Made by a program: the position numbers and the translations under genes | Assembly (NCBI GenBank): GCA_021836035.1 | Contig: JAKBJL010000004.1 | Location: 67,841-131,840, forward strand | Origin: a bacterium | GTDB lineage: Bacteria > Patescibacteriota > Microgenomatia > JAMCZE01 | DNA length: 64,000 nucleotides | Direction: 5' to 3' | Notes under the pieces: generated by a model | Told to the model about the DNA's origin: nothing | The model's database searches: none | Seen by the model: only the letters and a program-made list of their open reading frames with translations | Part shown: piece after piece, positions 1 through 10,113 of the stretch | Layout: the number at the start of each line of letters is the position of its first letter | Numbering within the stretch: the first letter of the stretch is position 1

Positions 1-581
1 TTCAGATAATCTAAATCTAACAGTTTCCGGTAAAGGAAAGCAAGTTTTTCTTTACCTAAAAGTAAACTCTGTTTTTTTATCTTACTTTCCTGCCAGGGAG
101 CTAAGCCTACGGGATGAAGCATTAAGCGGAATTGGCGGACGATCATGAGAAAAATCATTTCCGCTTCGTCTTTCTGCAGACATTCCCCATATAAAGTAAG
201 TATTTGCTTAAGGTTTCCAGGGTAAAGACTGTCGGTCAGTTTAAAAATGGTAGTGGCCAGCTTAAATTCTCGTACCCTTGCCTCCTTTACCGCTTTTAAT
301 ACCGCAGGGGTGAGAGTTTTTTCTTCCCAGAATATGATATCTGTGGTTATTCCCGAGAGGTTAGGAATAGCTTTTGTTGCTTGTTTATTTGCAGAAAAAT
401 AATTTTCGATGATAATAATTTTCTTATCTGCCAGGAGCGAAGTAGAGAAAGCTGCCTGGATCAAATCGGTAGAGGTAAGATTTTTCCCGTCTAGCAATAC
501 AATTTCACTCCCCCTCTCTTTAAAGTCATCGAGCGCTTTTCTGCTGGCGGCAATATTTTCACCGTGAAGAATGGTAATCAT
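1..581 (-). CDS. DNA polymerase III delta subunit (HolA)-like protein, runs off the window edge
   Basis: Manual translation from ATG at 581: MITILHGENIAASRKALDDF...KIIIIENYF...IIFWEEKTLT...IFKLTDSL...MIVRQFRLML...KLLDLDYL. This resembles short HolA proteins. It is missing from the ORF track because there is no stop in the window. Confidence 0.65.
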   Translation of the reverse strand, partial: MITILHGENIAASRKALDDFKERGSEIVLLDGKNLTSTDLIQAAFSTSLLADKKIIIIENYFSANKQATKAIPNLSGITTDIIFWEEKTLTPAVLKAVKEARVREFKLATTIFKLTDSLYPGNLKQILTLYGECLQKDEAEMIFLMIVRQFRLMLHPVGLAPWQESKIKKQSLLLGKEKLAFLYRKLLDLDYL

Positions 582-595
582 GGGAAATTTTTACT

Positions 596-991
596 CTAAG
601 CTTTGAGCTTTAGGCTGTATGCTGATTTATATTTCTCATACATTTTTTCCACATTTTTTCTGTTGATATGCGTTCCCCTATTGCGATGCGATACTAAGGC
701 TCCGGAAAAAGTTTTCGGAATATGCATCAATTCATGGATCAGGGTTTTTTCCTTTTCAGTATCCGGGAGTTTATCAAAATGTTCCGCGAGAACCTCAATA
801 ATATACCGGGGCTTAATGTGCAGAGCCAACTGCCAGGGCTTAGGAAGGCTCCATATGCGTGCGATGGCCAGGGAACTGGAACCGAAACCGCGCATAAAAA
901 CCAAATCATTGCTTTTAACATGCGGGAATATTCGCGTTTTTATTATTTTAGTGGCTAATCTCTTAATGTCGGGAGCGTTTTGCCATTGCAT
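596..991 (-). CDS. Putative small zinc metallopeptidase (HExxH)
   Basis: LIHELMHIP motif in a 131-aa ORF, co-oriented and tightly packed with its neighbours. Confidence 0.7.
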   Translation of the reverse strand: MQWQNAPDIKRLATKIIKTRIFPHVKSNDLVFMRGFGSSSLAIARIWSLPKPWQLALHIKPRYIIEVLAEHFDKLPDTEKEKTLIHELMHIPKTFSGALVSHRNRGTHINRKNVEKMYEKYKSAYSLKLKA

Positions 992-993
992 GG

Positions 994-2127
994 TTAATTA
1001 GGTAAAAAAGTACGCAACATTGATTCTAGGAGAGAAAAAAGCGAGAGAATTGGCAAATCGGTATTGGCCCTTGCCGCACTTGATTTGTTTCCCGGCCCGA
1101 GATTATAAGAGCGGGTTGGGGTTTTGTCCTGTAGCGGCTGCCCTTTAACCTTGGAAATATTCATGATCTCTCTGGCAAATGTTTTCCAGTTACCGCTGTT
1201 GTCCAGGAAACTAAAATCCCGGAAGGCTCCTTCCTGGGCGTTCAGGATAAAAGGAGTAATTGCGACAATATTGGAATCATTCCAAATATTATTAAAAGAT
1301 TGGAGATAAAATTTATTGCTATATTGATCCCCTATTAAATTAATTTTCCAACCGGCTTCGGTAATAAAGACCGGTAATTTATCCGCTCCCAGTTTTTCCA
1401 GGTAGCGCTCCTCAAAACGATAGCTGGCTACCGAAACGGGGCTATAGATATTGGGGGAGCTGGTAAAAGCGGGATTACCGTAAGCATGAGAGGAAAAACC
1501 GTCAACTTTCTTAAAAATACCCGGGACAGCGGCATTCATCAGACGGAAATAACTATATTCATCCAACGAAGTATCCGAGCTGGGGGCGGAAGCATCCATA
1601 CCGGCGGAAATGACAAAATAATCCGGGTTTTCCTGATGGAATATTTCAATGGCGCGGTCCAGAACTTTAGCATATTCTTCGGGGTAGACGAATCCGCCCC
1701 ACTCGCTATCATGATTAGGTTCGTTATAAACGATAATATAACGATTTTTTACCGGCCAGGGAAGTTCTTCTAAAAAATTGGCAAAATCCACCAGGTCGTA
1801 TTCGTTAGGCGCCATCCAGTGATCATCTACCGGGAAAGAAGCAATCCGTAATATAGGTATAAGATGCAGCCTTTTGGCTTCTTCCATGAACTTGGACCAT
1901 TTTAAAAGATCGCGGTCGTTTGCCCTGATTGGGATGGTCACATAGCCCCAATCGCCGCCACCGGAATTTGCCAACTCTGCGGCTTTTTGTATTTCGGAAG
2001 TATCTAAAATATGAATCCCGAACTTATTGTTGGGAACCGAAAGCGGATCATATATCGCGAAAGTAGGTCTGGGAAGAAAAATAAAAAATGAAAAACAAAG
2101 AACAAAAAATTGCAGGAAATATTTCAC
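994..2127 (-). CDS. Secreted clan-A glycoside hydrolase-like protein
   Basis: Signal peptide, YNEPN acid/base motif, SSHAY, and VFITEAGW nucleophile motif. Confidence 0.7.
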   Translation of the reverse strand: MKYFLQFFVLCFSFFIFLPRPTFAIYDPLSVPNNKFGIHILDTSEIQKAAELANSGGGDWGYVTIPIRANDRDLLKWSKFMEEAKRLHLIPILRIASFPVDDHWMAPNEYDLVDFANFLEELPWPVKNRYIIVYNEPNHDSEWGGFVYPEEYAKVLDRAIEIFHQENPDYFVISAGMDASAPSSDTSLDEYSYFRLMNAAVPGIFKKVDGFSSHAYGNPAFTSSPNIYSPVSVASYRFEERYLEKLGADKLPVFITEAGWKINLIGDQYSNKFYLQSFNNIWNDSNIVAITPFILNAQEGAFRDFSFLDNSGNWKTFAREIMNISKVKGQPLQDKTPTRSYNLGPGNKSSAARANTDLPILSLFSLLESMLRTFLPN

Positions 2128-2134
2128 CAGTGAA

Positions 2135-3958
2135 TTATACTAAACCGCGGGCAATTCTTTTGGCCTCAACTTCGTCCAATATTTTTTTACGAAGACGGAT
2201 ATTTTGCGGTGTAACTTCTACCAGCTCATCATCGGCTATATATTCCAGGGCGTCCTCTAAACCCATAATTTTAGGGCTATTGAAATGTTCACTAACCCCT
2301 TCCCCTTTAGAACGGTGATTAGTTAATTGCTTTTCTTTACACACGTTAATACTGAGATCGCCGGCACGGGAATTTTGACCGACAACCTGTCCTTTATACA
2401 CATTTGTTCCGGGTCCGATAAATAGCTCCCCCCTGTCCTGGACATTAATAAGTCCATATAATAAGCTGGTTCCGGATTCATGGGCCAAAAGAGACCCCTG
2501 CTCCCGTTCGTGCCAGTAATCAAAATCCGGACCGTAATGAGAAAACAGGGTATTTATTATTCCCAGGCCACGGGTATCAGTAATAAATTCGCTGCGGTAG
2601 CCAAAAAGTCCACGAGTAGGAATTATAAATTCCAGATACACGGTCTCATTTTCCGTGCGCATGTCTTTTAGCTCACCATGACGGACACCCATTTTTTGCA
2701 TGATTATGCCGCTATATTCTCGGGGTGCTTCCAGGTATACCAGTTCATAAGGTACCTGCTTTTTGCCGTTTATTTCCTGGGTAATAACCTGCGGACGGGA
2801 AACTTGAAATTCATACCCTTCACGGCGGAGTCTTTCAATAAGGATCGCCAAATGTAATTCTCCTCTTCCGGAAACATTCCAGCTCCCATCGGTATTATCC
2901 ATAACTTTTAAAGCCATATCCGTTTCTAATTCTTTGTATAAACGCTCCCGGATCTGACGGGAAGTGGAAAACTTGCCTTCTTTACCGGCAAAAGGCGAGG
3001 TATTAATACTGAAATTCATTTTTACGGTTGGTTGTTCAACATCAAGTAAGGGTAAAGCTACGGGATTAACCGGATCGGCAATAGTTTCTCCCAGGTTAAT
3101 ATCTGGGATACCGGCTAAGGCCACAATGTCACCGGCACAGGCTTCGGAAATATCCCGGCGCCCCAATCCTTCATAGGTCATCAATGCCGTAAGGCGGTAT
3201 TTTTTTTGTTCCCCCAGGCGATTAATATGCGTTATTTCCTGTCCCGCCTTTATCCTTCCCTGGTAAATTTTTCCGGTAGCGACACGCCCCTTGAAATTAT
3301 CACCCTTAATCGTGGTTACCAAAATTTGTAGAGGTTTCTCGGGGTCTCCGAAGGGTGCGGGAATCTCTTTAACAATAGCGTCAAAAATAGGGGTAATATC
3401 CATCATTTTTTCCGGATCAGCATCTTTATGGGCTTTTCCCTCTTTGCCGACAGCGTAAATTACCGGGAAGAATGCTGTTTCTTCATTAGCTCCCAACTCT
3501 ACAAAAAGATCAAACGTTTTTCCCAGGACATATTCCGGTCGGGCGTCCTTTTTATCCACTTTATTAATCACCACAATGATTTTTAACCCCAACTCCAAAG
3601 CTTTTTTCAAAACAAAGCGGGTTTGTGGCATAGGCCCTTCTTTAGCGTCTACTAAAAGCAAAGCCCCGTCAGCCATCCGAAGAACTCTTTCTACTTCTCC
3701 GCCGAAATCCGCATGTCCGGGGGTATCGATAATATTGATTTTAACCGGAGATCCCGTAGGGGGGGTCCAGATTACGGAAGCATTCTTGGAAAATATGGTA
3801 ATACCCCGTTCCCGCTCCAGCTCATTACTGTCCAGGATCTGATCGGTATTAACCAGATCTTTCCCCAGCTGAGTCTTGGTTTGCCGCAAAAGAGCATCCA
3901 CTAAAGTGGTTTTACCGTGATCGACGTGAGCGATGATTGCCACATTTCTGATGTCCAT
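2135..3958 (-). CDS. typA: Translational GTPase TypA/BipA
   Basis: AHVDHGKTT, DTPGHADFGGEVER, NKVD, GRGELHL; 607 aa. Confidence 0.97.
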   Translation of the reverse strand: MDIRNVAIIAHVDHGKTTLVDALLRQTKTQLGKDLVNTDQILDSNELERERGITIFSKNASVIWTPPTGSPVKINIIDTPGHADFGGEVERVLRMADGALLLVDAKEGPMPQTRFVLKKALELGLKIIVVINKVDKKDARPEYVLGKTFDLFVELGANEETAFFPVIYAVGKEGKAHKDADPEKMMDITPIFDAIVKEIPAPFGDPEKPLQILVTTIKGDNFKGRVATGKIYQGRIKAGQEITHINRLGEQKKYRLTALMTYEGLGRRDISEACAGDIVALAGIPDINLGETIADPVNPVALPLLDVEQPTVKMNFSINTSPFAGKEGKFSTSRQIRERLYKELETDMALKVMDNTDGSWNVSGRGELHLAILIERLRREGYEFQVSRPQVITQEINGKKQVPYELVYLEAPREYSGIIMQKMGVRHGELKDMRTENETVYLEFIIPTRGLFGYRSEFITDTRGLGIINTLFSHYGPDFDYWHEREQGSLLAHESGTSLLYGLINVQDRGELFIGPGTNVYKGQVVGQNSRAGDLSINVCKEKQLTNHRSKGEGVSEHFNSPKIMGLEDALEYIADDELVEVTPQNIRLRKKILDEVEAKRIARGLV

Positions 3959-3965
3959 AAAAGTA

Positions 3966-3993
3966 GCCCTCCTTCGCGGAAACTACGGAGGGC
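3966..3993. repeat. GC-rich hairpin (terminator or REP-like) between tRNA-Glu and typA
   Basis: GCCCTCC-ttcgcggaaactac-GGAGGGC inverted repeat. Confidence 0.45.
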
Positions 3994-3997
3994 AAAG

Positions 3998-4071
3998 TAG
4001 CGAGTACGGGATTCGAACCCGTGATCTGGAGAGTGAAAATCTCCTGTCCTGGGCCACTAGACGAACTCGCC
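3998..4071 (-). tRNA. tRNA-Glu(TTC)
   Basis: Reverse complement folds as a cloverleaf; anticodon arm GGAGA-TTTTCAC-TCTCC; GGTTCGAATCC T arm. Confidence 0.95.
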
Positions 4072-4484
4072 CTCTTTTTGTTAGATAGCGTTATTTTAGC
4101 ATAAAAAGCCGACCGAAGGTTAATTTATCGGGGAATTGCCAAATTCGGGGGAAATTAAGAAAGGTGTTTATGGTTAGGGGGCTATGAGGCTACGGTCCAG
4201 TTTTACCGCTCCGAATCCGGCGAAAACGATTCCGGGGTTCAAGCTGAAAGCCCGGCGAACGCTGGTTTCCATATCTCCCTCTTCGTATTCTTCCCATTTT
4301 TCTTTCCGCCAGTCTTTCCTCCCTTCCTTTTTTTCCTCCTGGTCCTCCCACCATTCCTTTTCGTGTGTTTGGTTATCGTCATTCATACCTTTTTAGTTAA
4401 GCAAAGGTTTGTATAACATAAATCAGGGCTGGGAAAGAAAAATGTAAACAAATACTAGAAAACTCTAATTTATATAGGTTATAA

Positions 4485-5093
4485 TTGGAATCACGCCCTA
4501 TAGAAAACATGTTATCTAGGGAAAAATTAACCAGGAGACAAAGGTTTAATTTAATTAATCGGTTTAGGTTATTAAAAAATTTGGATAGCCGAACGGCAAT
4601 AGATTTGCCTCGACAAAAAAGAAAATATCTCCGGTTTACCCGCGAATTAGGCGACAGTTCCGAAAGTAGAGTAAAAGGAATATTGGAAAATATTCACGGC
4701 ATTTGTGAAGTGCAATTTACTAAGAGATATAGCCATCGCGATCGCGCGGGTATCGATCTGGTTGCTTTTATGGATCGTACAATTGCCGAGAATGGAATTA
4801 GGGAGGTTAATATCCAGGTGGTATCCAGTTTTTCTGGGGCCGATTATTTTCGCCGGGAAAATTGCGAAGCGCAAAGATATAAGTATCCCCTCAATATGAT
4901 CAATATCGATTATTGGCTTTATATAAATCGAATGATAATTCTAAATGGTCAGGAAAGCCCTGAATATATCCGCAAATGCTTCTGGATAGAATTCGAAAAT
5001 ATTACCAATGCCAAACATTTGACGGAATTTATTGACCGGTTAGAATTTAACGGAGAAAAAACAAGAGAATATAGAGTTAAAACAAATAATTAA
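4485..5093 (+). CDS. Hypothetical protein, possible degenerate PD-(D/E)XK-like fold
   Basis: 202-aa ORF between two tRNAs; DRAGIDL...NIQVVSS resembles a D-x-x-GID...Q-x-K nuclease motif but lacks the Lys. Confidence 0.45.
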   Translation: MESRPIENMLSREKLTRRQRFNLINRFRLLKNLDSRTAIDLPRQKRKYLRFTRELGDSSESRVKGILENIHGICEVQFTKRYSHRDRAGIDLVAFMDRTIAENGIREVNIQVVSSFSGADYFRRENCEAQRYKYPLNMINIDYWLYINRMIILNGQESPEYIRKCFWIEFENITNAKHLTEFIDRLEFNGEKTREYRVKTNN

Positions 5094-5143
5094 TCGCCAA
5101 CCGCATGGACAAACTAGGTTTTCCGATATTGAGCTAAACCCGG

Positions 5144-5215
5144 TGACCCGACAGGGATTCGAACCCTGGACCAAGAGCTTAAAAGGCTCCTGCTCTACCA
5201 CTGAGCTATCGGGCC
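5144..5215 (-). tRNA. tRNA-Lys(TTT)
   Basis: Cloverleaf on the reverse complement; anticodon loop CTTTTAA. Confidence 0.95.
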
Positions 5216-5755
5216 GAGATAACTAAAACCCCAATTGTTTATGGCTTTATTATACGCTACTGCCTAGACCCGATCAACCCAAATATAGTTAAGAAATGAG
5301 GCATCGAATGAACATGACTAAGGAGGCTTTTAGGTAGTTATTAGTTAAATTATTCTTCTTCGTTTATCCGCAATCCTATTTTGATTAACGATTGCTTTCA
5401 AACGAACTGTGAGGGCCGCCTCTTTTTTTAAGGGAGTATTAGCAAATTTGGGTCTGCCGGTTCCGTCAGGGAGGAATAATCCCTCCGGGCTCAGAAGATC
5501 TAGTGCTACCTGTCCGGGCGGGTTACGGTAATTCCTGGCGATTTTCAAAATTTCTTCCTGAAAAATGTTTATTGTTTCCCTTCGATTCATTAAGCACATC
5601 ATAATCGAAATCGTTTTAAAGTCAAGCCCGGGTAAATTTAAAGGGAAATATTTTCTAAATGCTTAAAAGATTTAAGAGTCTCGTCGGGGGAAAGTGAGAC
5701 AGAAATAAAATCAATTTGTGGTGAAAAAGGGCAAAAAGAAGATTGTTAGTCGCAA

Positions 5756-6082
5756 TTACAACTGGACGCCGCCCGCGGATTTGGCTTTAAGATTGCGCAG
5801 ATAATAGAGTTTTGCTTTTCTGATTTTGGCTGCTTTCCTTTTAACCTCTATTTTTTCAATCCAGGGAGAATTTAAAGGCCAAATACGTTCCACACCGACT
5901 TTATCGGCGGAAATTTTCCGGACCGTAAAACTTTTCCCGTTTCCGCTATTTTTAATAGCGATAACGATCCCTTCAAAAATTTGGGAGCGGGTTTTAACAT
6001 TCTCACCGGCTTTGTCGGCGGCTTCGTCAAGAATTTTTTGATGTACCCGGATGATGTCCCCTACTCGGAATTGCGGTTCCAT
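5756..6082 (-). CDS. rplS: 50S ribosomal protein L19
   Basis: [40 protein letters not shown]. Confidence 0.96.
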   Translation of the reverse strand: MEPQFRVGDIIRVHQKILDEAADKAGENVKTRSQIFEGIVIAIKNSGNGKSFTVRKISADKVGVERIWPLNSPWIEKIEVKRKAAKIRKAKLYYLRNLKAKSAGGVQL

Positions 6083-6091
6083 ATGCGAATT

Positions 6092-9000
6092 TTAACTTAT
6101 TTTACGTGCTTTCTCAACTATTAAGGAAATCCGTTCGTCACGGTTATCGACTTTTCCGGTACAGACAAGAACGCAATTTTCCTGCCAATATTCAGCCTTG
6201 CCGTTTTCTTTATAAAGTTTCGGGAAAATAACGCAGTCTATTTTCGTTCCGTCCTTTCCCTGAATAGTAATAAAAGCCATCTCTTCATTGCTTTTACGGG
6301 TGAATACTTTTCGGATACCGACAACGATTCCGCCGACGGTAACGGTTTTTCCTAGGTGCATTTCTACGTTTAGTTCAGCAATATCATAATCAACTTCAGT
6401 GCTCAATTTTTCTAGAGCCTTTTGGAGCGGATGTTCTGTAAGGTAAAATCCCAAGTATTCACGCTCAAAAGCCAATAACTCCGTTTTTTCCAGTTCGGGC
6501 ATTTCCGGCAGATCAAAAACAGAATATCCTATGGCTTGACTTCCCGCTTCTTCCTCTCCGTTTTCAAAAAGACCAGTCTGGCCGCTGCTGATCTGCTTGG
6601 CTAGTTTGTGTGATTCGATGATCAGTTTGTCCAGAGACGCAAGCATCGCCGACCTTTTACCAAAAGCATCCATGGCCCCAGCCTTGATAAGGCTTTCCAA
6701 GGTTTTACGATTCACTTTCTGTAAATCTACCCGGCGGGCGAAATCGGAAAGTGATCGGAATTTACCACCGGAACTACGTGCCCCCAGTATGCTTTCGATA
6801 GCCGCGGCGCCGACATTTTTTATAGCCGAGAGACCGAAGAGGATGGATTTTCCTTCGATAGTAAATTCTACTGCGGACTTGTTAATATCCGGGGGCATAA
6901 CGGGTATTTCCATCCGTCGGCATTCTTCAATGCACATCTGTATTTTTTCGTCTTTGGTGTCCCCGGTATTTCCTCGGGATTCCGCAGTCAGCATAGCGGT
7001 CATAAATTCGACCGGGAAATGCAATTTCATGTAGGCGGTTTGGTAAGCGATTAAGCCGTATGAAGCGCTATGAGCTTTGTTAAAACCGTAGGAGGCAAAT
7101 TTTTCGATTAAAGCGAAAAGCTTTTCGGATAAGCTTTCGGAGTATCCCCTTTGGGAAAGTCCCTCTTTGAATTTCAGACCTTCCTTTTTCATCAGCTCCG
7201 GAAGCTTTTTTCCCATCGCTTTGCGGAAGCCGTCTGCTTCCGCCATCGTATAACCGGCCATTTGGTGGGCAATTTCCATTACTTGTTCTTGGTAAATAAT
7301 TAAGCCGTAGGTTTCTTCCAGGATAGTTTTAAGGTCCTTATGCAGGTAGATGACCTCTTGCGGATTATTTTTGCGGCGGATGAATTCCGGAATAATTTCC
7401 ATCGGTCCCGGTCGGTAAAGGGCAACCATAGCGCCGAGATCGTAAATTACCGAAGGTTTCAGTTCTTTGGCCAGCTTACGCATCCCTGAGGACTCCAATT
7501 GGAATACTCCCGTGGTGTCCCCTTTGGAAATCATCTTATAAACGGCTTTGTCGTCCAGGGGAATTTTATCCAGGTAGACTTCGATGCTCTGATTTACTTT
7601 AACAAATTTTACGGCTTGTTCTAAGATGGTTAAGTTGCGAAGCCCCAGAAAATCCATTTTTAGAAGTCCCACGGCGTGTTTACTGGCGTTAAGATCCAAA
7701 GAATACATATCGTATTGGGTGATAATTTTTCCTCCCCGGGGATCCCTTTGGAGAGGGGTGTATTCCGTTAGATCTTTATCGGCGATAACAACACCGGCGG
7801 CGTGAACTGAGGCGTGTCGGGCAACGCCTTCCATTTTTTTGGCCAAATCCACAATTTTTTTAGTATCCGGTTCGGCTTCATAAGCAGACGCCAGTTCTGG
7901 ACTTAACTGTAAAGCCTTTTCTAAAGTCATGGGAAAACCCTGACTGCCCTGAGGGATAATTTTAGAGAGGCGATCACCGACGGAATAAGGATATCCCAAG
8001 GCCCGGGCAACATCCCGGACTGCGGCGCGAGCCTCCATTGTTCCGAAAGTAACGATTTGGGCCACCTTGTTTTCACCGTATTTTTGTTTAACATAATCGA
8101 TAACTCTTTCCCGGCTGGCATCTGCTAGATCCATATCAATATCGGGAGGCGATGGTCTTTCGGCATGTAAAAATCTTTCAAAGGGTAATTTATAAACGAG
8201 TGGATCAAGCGTCGATATCCCTAATATGTAAGAAACAATAGAACCGGCGGCAGATCCCCGGGTATTCCGGGTGATGCCGTGATCCAGGGCCCAGTTGGCA
8301 AAATCGGCTACAATCAGGAAATAGGAGGCGTAGCCCATTTTCTTAATGATGCCCAATTCGTGCCGTATCCTTTCCTCAACCTCGGTAGTTTTTGCGGAAT
8401 AACGATTGGGCAGCCTTTCCCAAATCAATTTTTCCAGGTAGCTGTCGGCCGTTTCCCCGTCGGGGAGCGGAAACGGAGGGAAAATGTATTTATCCATCAG
8501 TATGTCAATATCCACCTTTTCGGCTATCCGGAGAGTATTTTCCAAAGCATCCGGATAGCGGGCAAAAGCGCGGGACATTTCCTCGGGGCTTTTAAAATAA
8601 AAATCGGGGAAATCAATCATGGTTAAGGGTCGATTTTTATCCAGCCAGGTTTTTTGGGTCTGAATGCAAAGCAAAGTTTCCTGGGCCTCTGCGTCATCTT
8701 TATTGGTATAGTGGGAATCGTTGGTAGCAATAAGGGGGATACCAAACTCCCGGGACATTTTCGCAATTCCCTCGTAAGTCTCGTTGTCCTGGTCCATTCC
8801 GGGATGGTGCTGAATTTCCAGATAAAAATTATCGTGGCCGAATGTTTCTTCCAAGCGTTTGATTGTTTCCTCGGCCTTTTTCCGTTCCCCCCTTTTTATC
8901 AATTGACCGACCAATCCCCCGACGCAGGCAGTGCTACAGATAATCCCTTCATGGTGCTTTTCTAAAACTTCCCAATCGAGGCGCGGTTTATAATAAAAAC

Positions 9001-9337
9001 CCTCCAGATGGGCAATGGTGGAGATTTTCATCAGGTTTTTATAACCGGTGTAGTTTTTGGCCAAAAGAAGAAGGTGGTATTGATCCTTATCCTGACCGGG
9101 TTGTTTATCATGGCGACTTCTTTCTGCCTGGTAGGCTTCCAGGCCGATTATCGGTTTTATTCCTGCCTCTTTAGCGGCTAAATAGAATTTAATTGCCCCG
9201 TACATCGCTCCATGATCGGTAACGGCTACTGCTGGCATTTCATATTCTTTACATTTGGTCAAGAGGTCTTTAACTCGGGTTAAACCGTCGAGTAAGGAGT
9301 ATTCGGTATGGGTATGCAAAGAGACATAACCGGACAT
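6092..9337 (-). CDS. dnaE: DNA polymerase III alpha subunit
   Basis: PHP domain HTHTEYSLLDG, RGSAAGS, PDIDMD, YGFNKAHS, and a C-terminal OB fold. Confidence 0.97.
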   Translation of the reverse strand: MSGYVSLHTHTEYSLLDGLTRVKDLLTKCKEYEMPAVAVTDHGAMYGAIKFYLAAKEAGIKPIIGLEAYQAERSRHDKQPGQDKDQYHLLLLAKNYTGYKNLMKISTIAHLEGFYYKPRLDWEVLEKHHEGIICSTACVGGLVGQLIKRGERKKAEETIKRLEETFGHDNFYLEIQHHPGMDQDNETYEGIAKMSREFGIPLIATNDSHYTNKDDAEAQETLLCIQTQKTWLDKNRPLTMIDFPDFYFKSPEEMSRAFARYPDALENTLRIAEKVDIDILMDKYIFPPFPLPDGETADSYLEKLIWERLPNRYSAKTTEVEERIRHELGIIKKMGYASYFLIVADFANWALDHGITRNTRGSAAGSIVSYILGISTLDPLVYKLPFERFLHAERPSPPDIDMDLADASRERVIDYVKQKYGENKVAQIVTFGTMEARAAVRDVARALGYPYSVGDRLSKIIPQGSQGFPMTLEKALQLSPELASAYEAEPDTKKIVDLAKKMEGVARHASVHAAGVVIADKDLTEYTPLQRDPRGGKIITQYDMYSLDLNASKHAVGLLKMDFLGLRNLTILEQAVKFVKVNQSIEVYLDKIPLDDKAVYKMISKGDTTGVFQLESSGMRKLAKELKPSVIYDLGAMVALYRPGPMEIIPEFIRRKNNPQEVIYLHKDLKTILEETYGLIIYQEQVMEIAHQMAGYTMAEADGFRKAMGKKLPELMKKEGLKFKEGLSQRGYSESLSEKLFALIEKFASYGFNKAHSASYGLIAYQTAYMKLHFPVEFMTAMLTAESRGNTGDTKDEKIQMCIEECRRMEIPVMPPDINKSAVEFTIEGKSILFGLSAIKNVGAAAIESILGARSSGGKFRSLSDFARRVDLQKVNRKTLESLIKAGAMDAFGKRSAMLASLDKLIIESHKLAKQISSGQTGLFENGEEEAGSQAIGYSVFDLPEMPELEKTELLAFEREYLGFYLTEHPLQKALEKLSTEVDYDIAELNVEMHLGKTVTVGGIVVGIRKVFTRKSNEEMAFITIQGKDGTKIDCVIFPKLYKENGKAEYWQENCVLVCTGKVDNRDERISLIVEKARKIS

Positions 9338-9374
9338 CGACTTTTAATTTAACACTTGAGGCAAACCAACTCAA

Positions 9375-10001
9375 CTAGGAGTATTTTCTTATTAAAGCGA
9401 CCATTTTCCCCTGTACCTGGACCTCGTCGGCATAGATCGGCTCCATTTTGGCATTGGCGGGAGCCAGTTTAATCCGACCACCCTCATGAAACAATCTCTT
9501 TAGAGTAGCTAATCCGTTTTCTAATAAAGCCACAACTATTTCTCCGTCGGTAGCCACTTCCTGTTTGACAATAATCACAAAATCACCGTCAAAAATACCG
9601 TCATCGATCATAGAATCCCCCTTAACCTGCAAAACATAAGCACTTTTTCCGTTGGGGAGTAGTGAGCTGGGTACCCGGAAGGTTGCGTGAGGGTCTGTAT
9701 GCGGCTCTAGGGGTTTACCGGCGGCTATATAGCCTAAAAGAGGTAGTTCTTCGGAAATGCCCGGGCTGGCGTCAATAGAGGTAATTTCCTGAGCGATCTC
9801 AATGCCGCGCATTTGCCCTTTGGTTCGGCGCAAAACCCCCTTGCGTTCCAGGATTTCCAAATGTTCATAAATAGTTGCCGGAGAGGTAACGCCCATTGCT
9901 TTGCAGATTTCTCCCAATGTCGGGGAGTAGCCGTAGCGTTTGATAAAATTACTGATGAACTCCAGAATTTGCCTCTGTCTTTTATATAATATAAGAGCCA
10001 T
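9375..10001 (-). CDS. lexA: SOS repressor LexA
   Basis: N-terminal wHTH (GYSPTLGEI), IAAG cleavage site, GDSM catalytic Ser and TLKR catalytic Lys. Confidence 0.96.
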   Translation of the reverse strand: MALILYKRQRQILEFISNFIKRYGYSPTLGEICKAMGVTSPATIYEHLEILERKGVLRRTKGQMRGIEIAQEITSIDASPGISEELPLLGYIAAGKPLEPHTDPHATFRVPSSLLPNGKSAYVLQVKGDSMIDDGIFDGDFVIIVKQEVATDGEIVVALLENGLATLKRLFHEGGRIKLAPANAKMEPIYADEVQVQGKMVALIRKYS

Positions 10002-10113
10002 AAGTTGATATTATATTAACCAAAGAAAAGGCAAATTGTCAACCCCGATCAAATATCATCAAAGTAGATAGGTCCCGATCGTTATTGGGGTAAAAGTGGT
10101 AAAATTATCTGTT

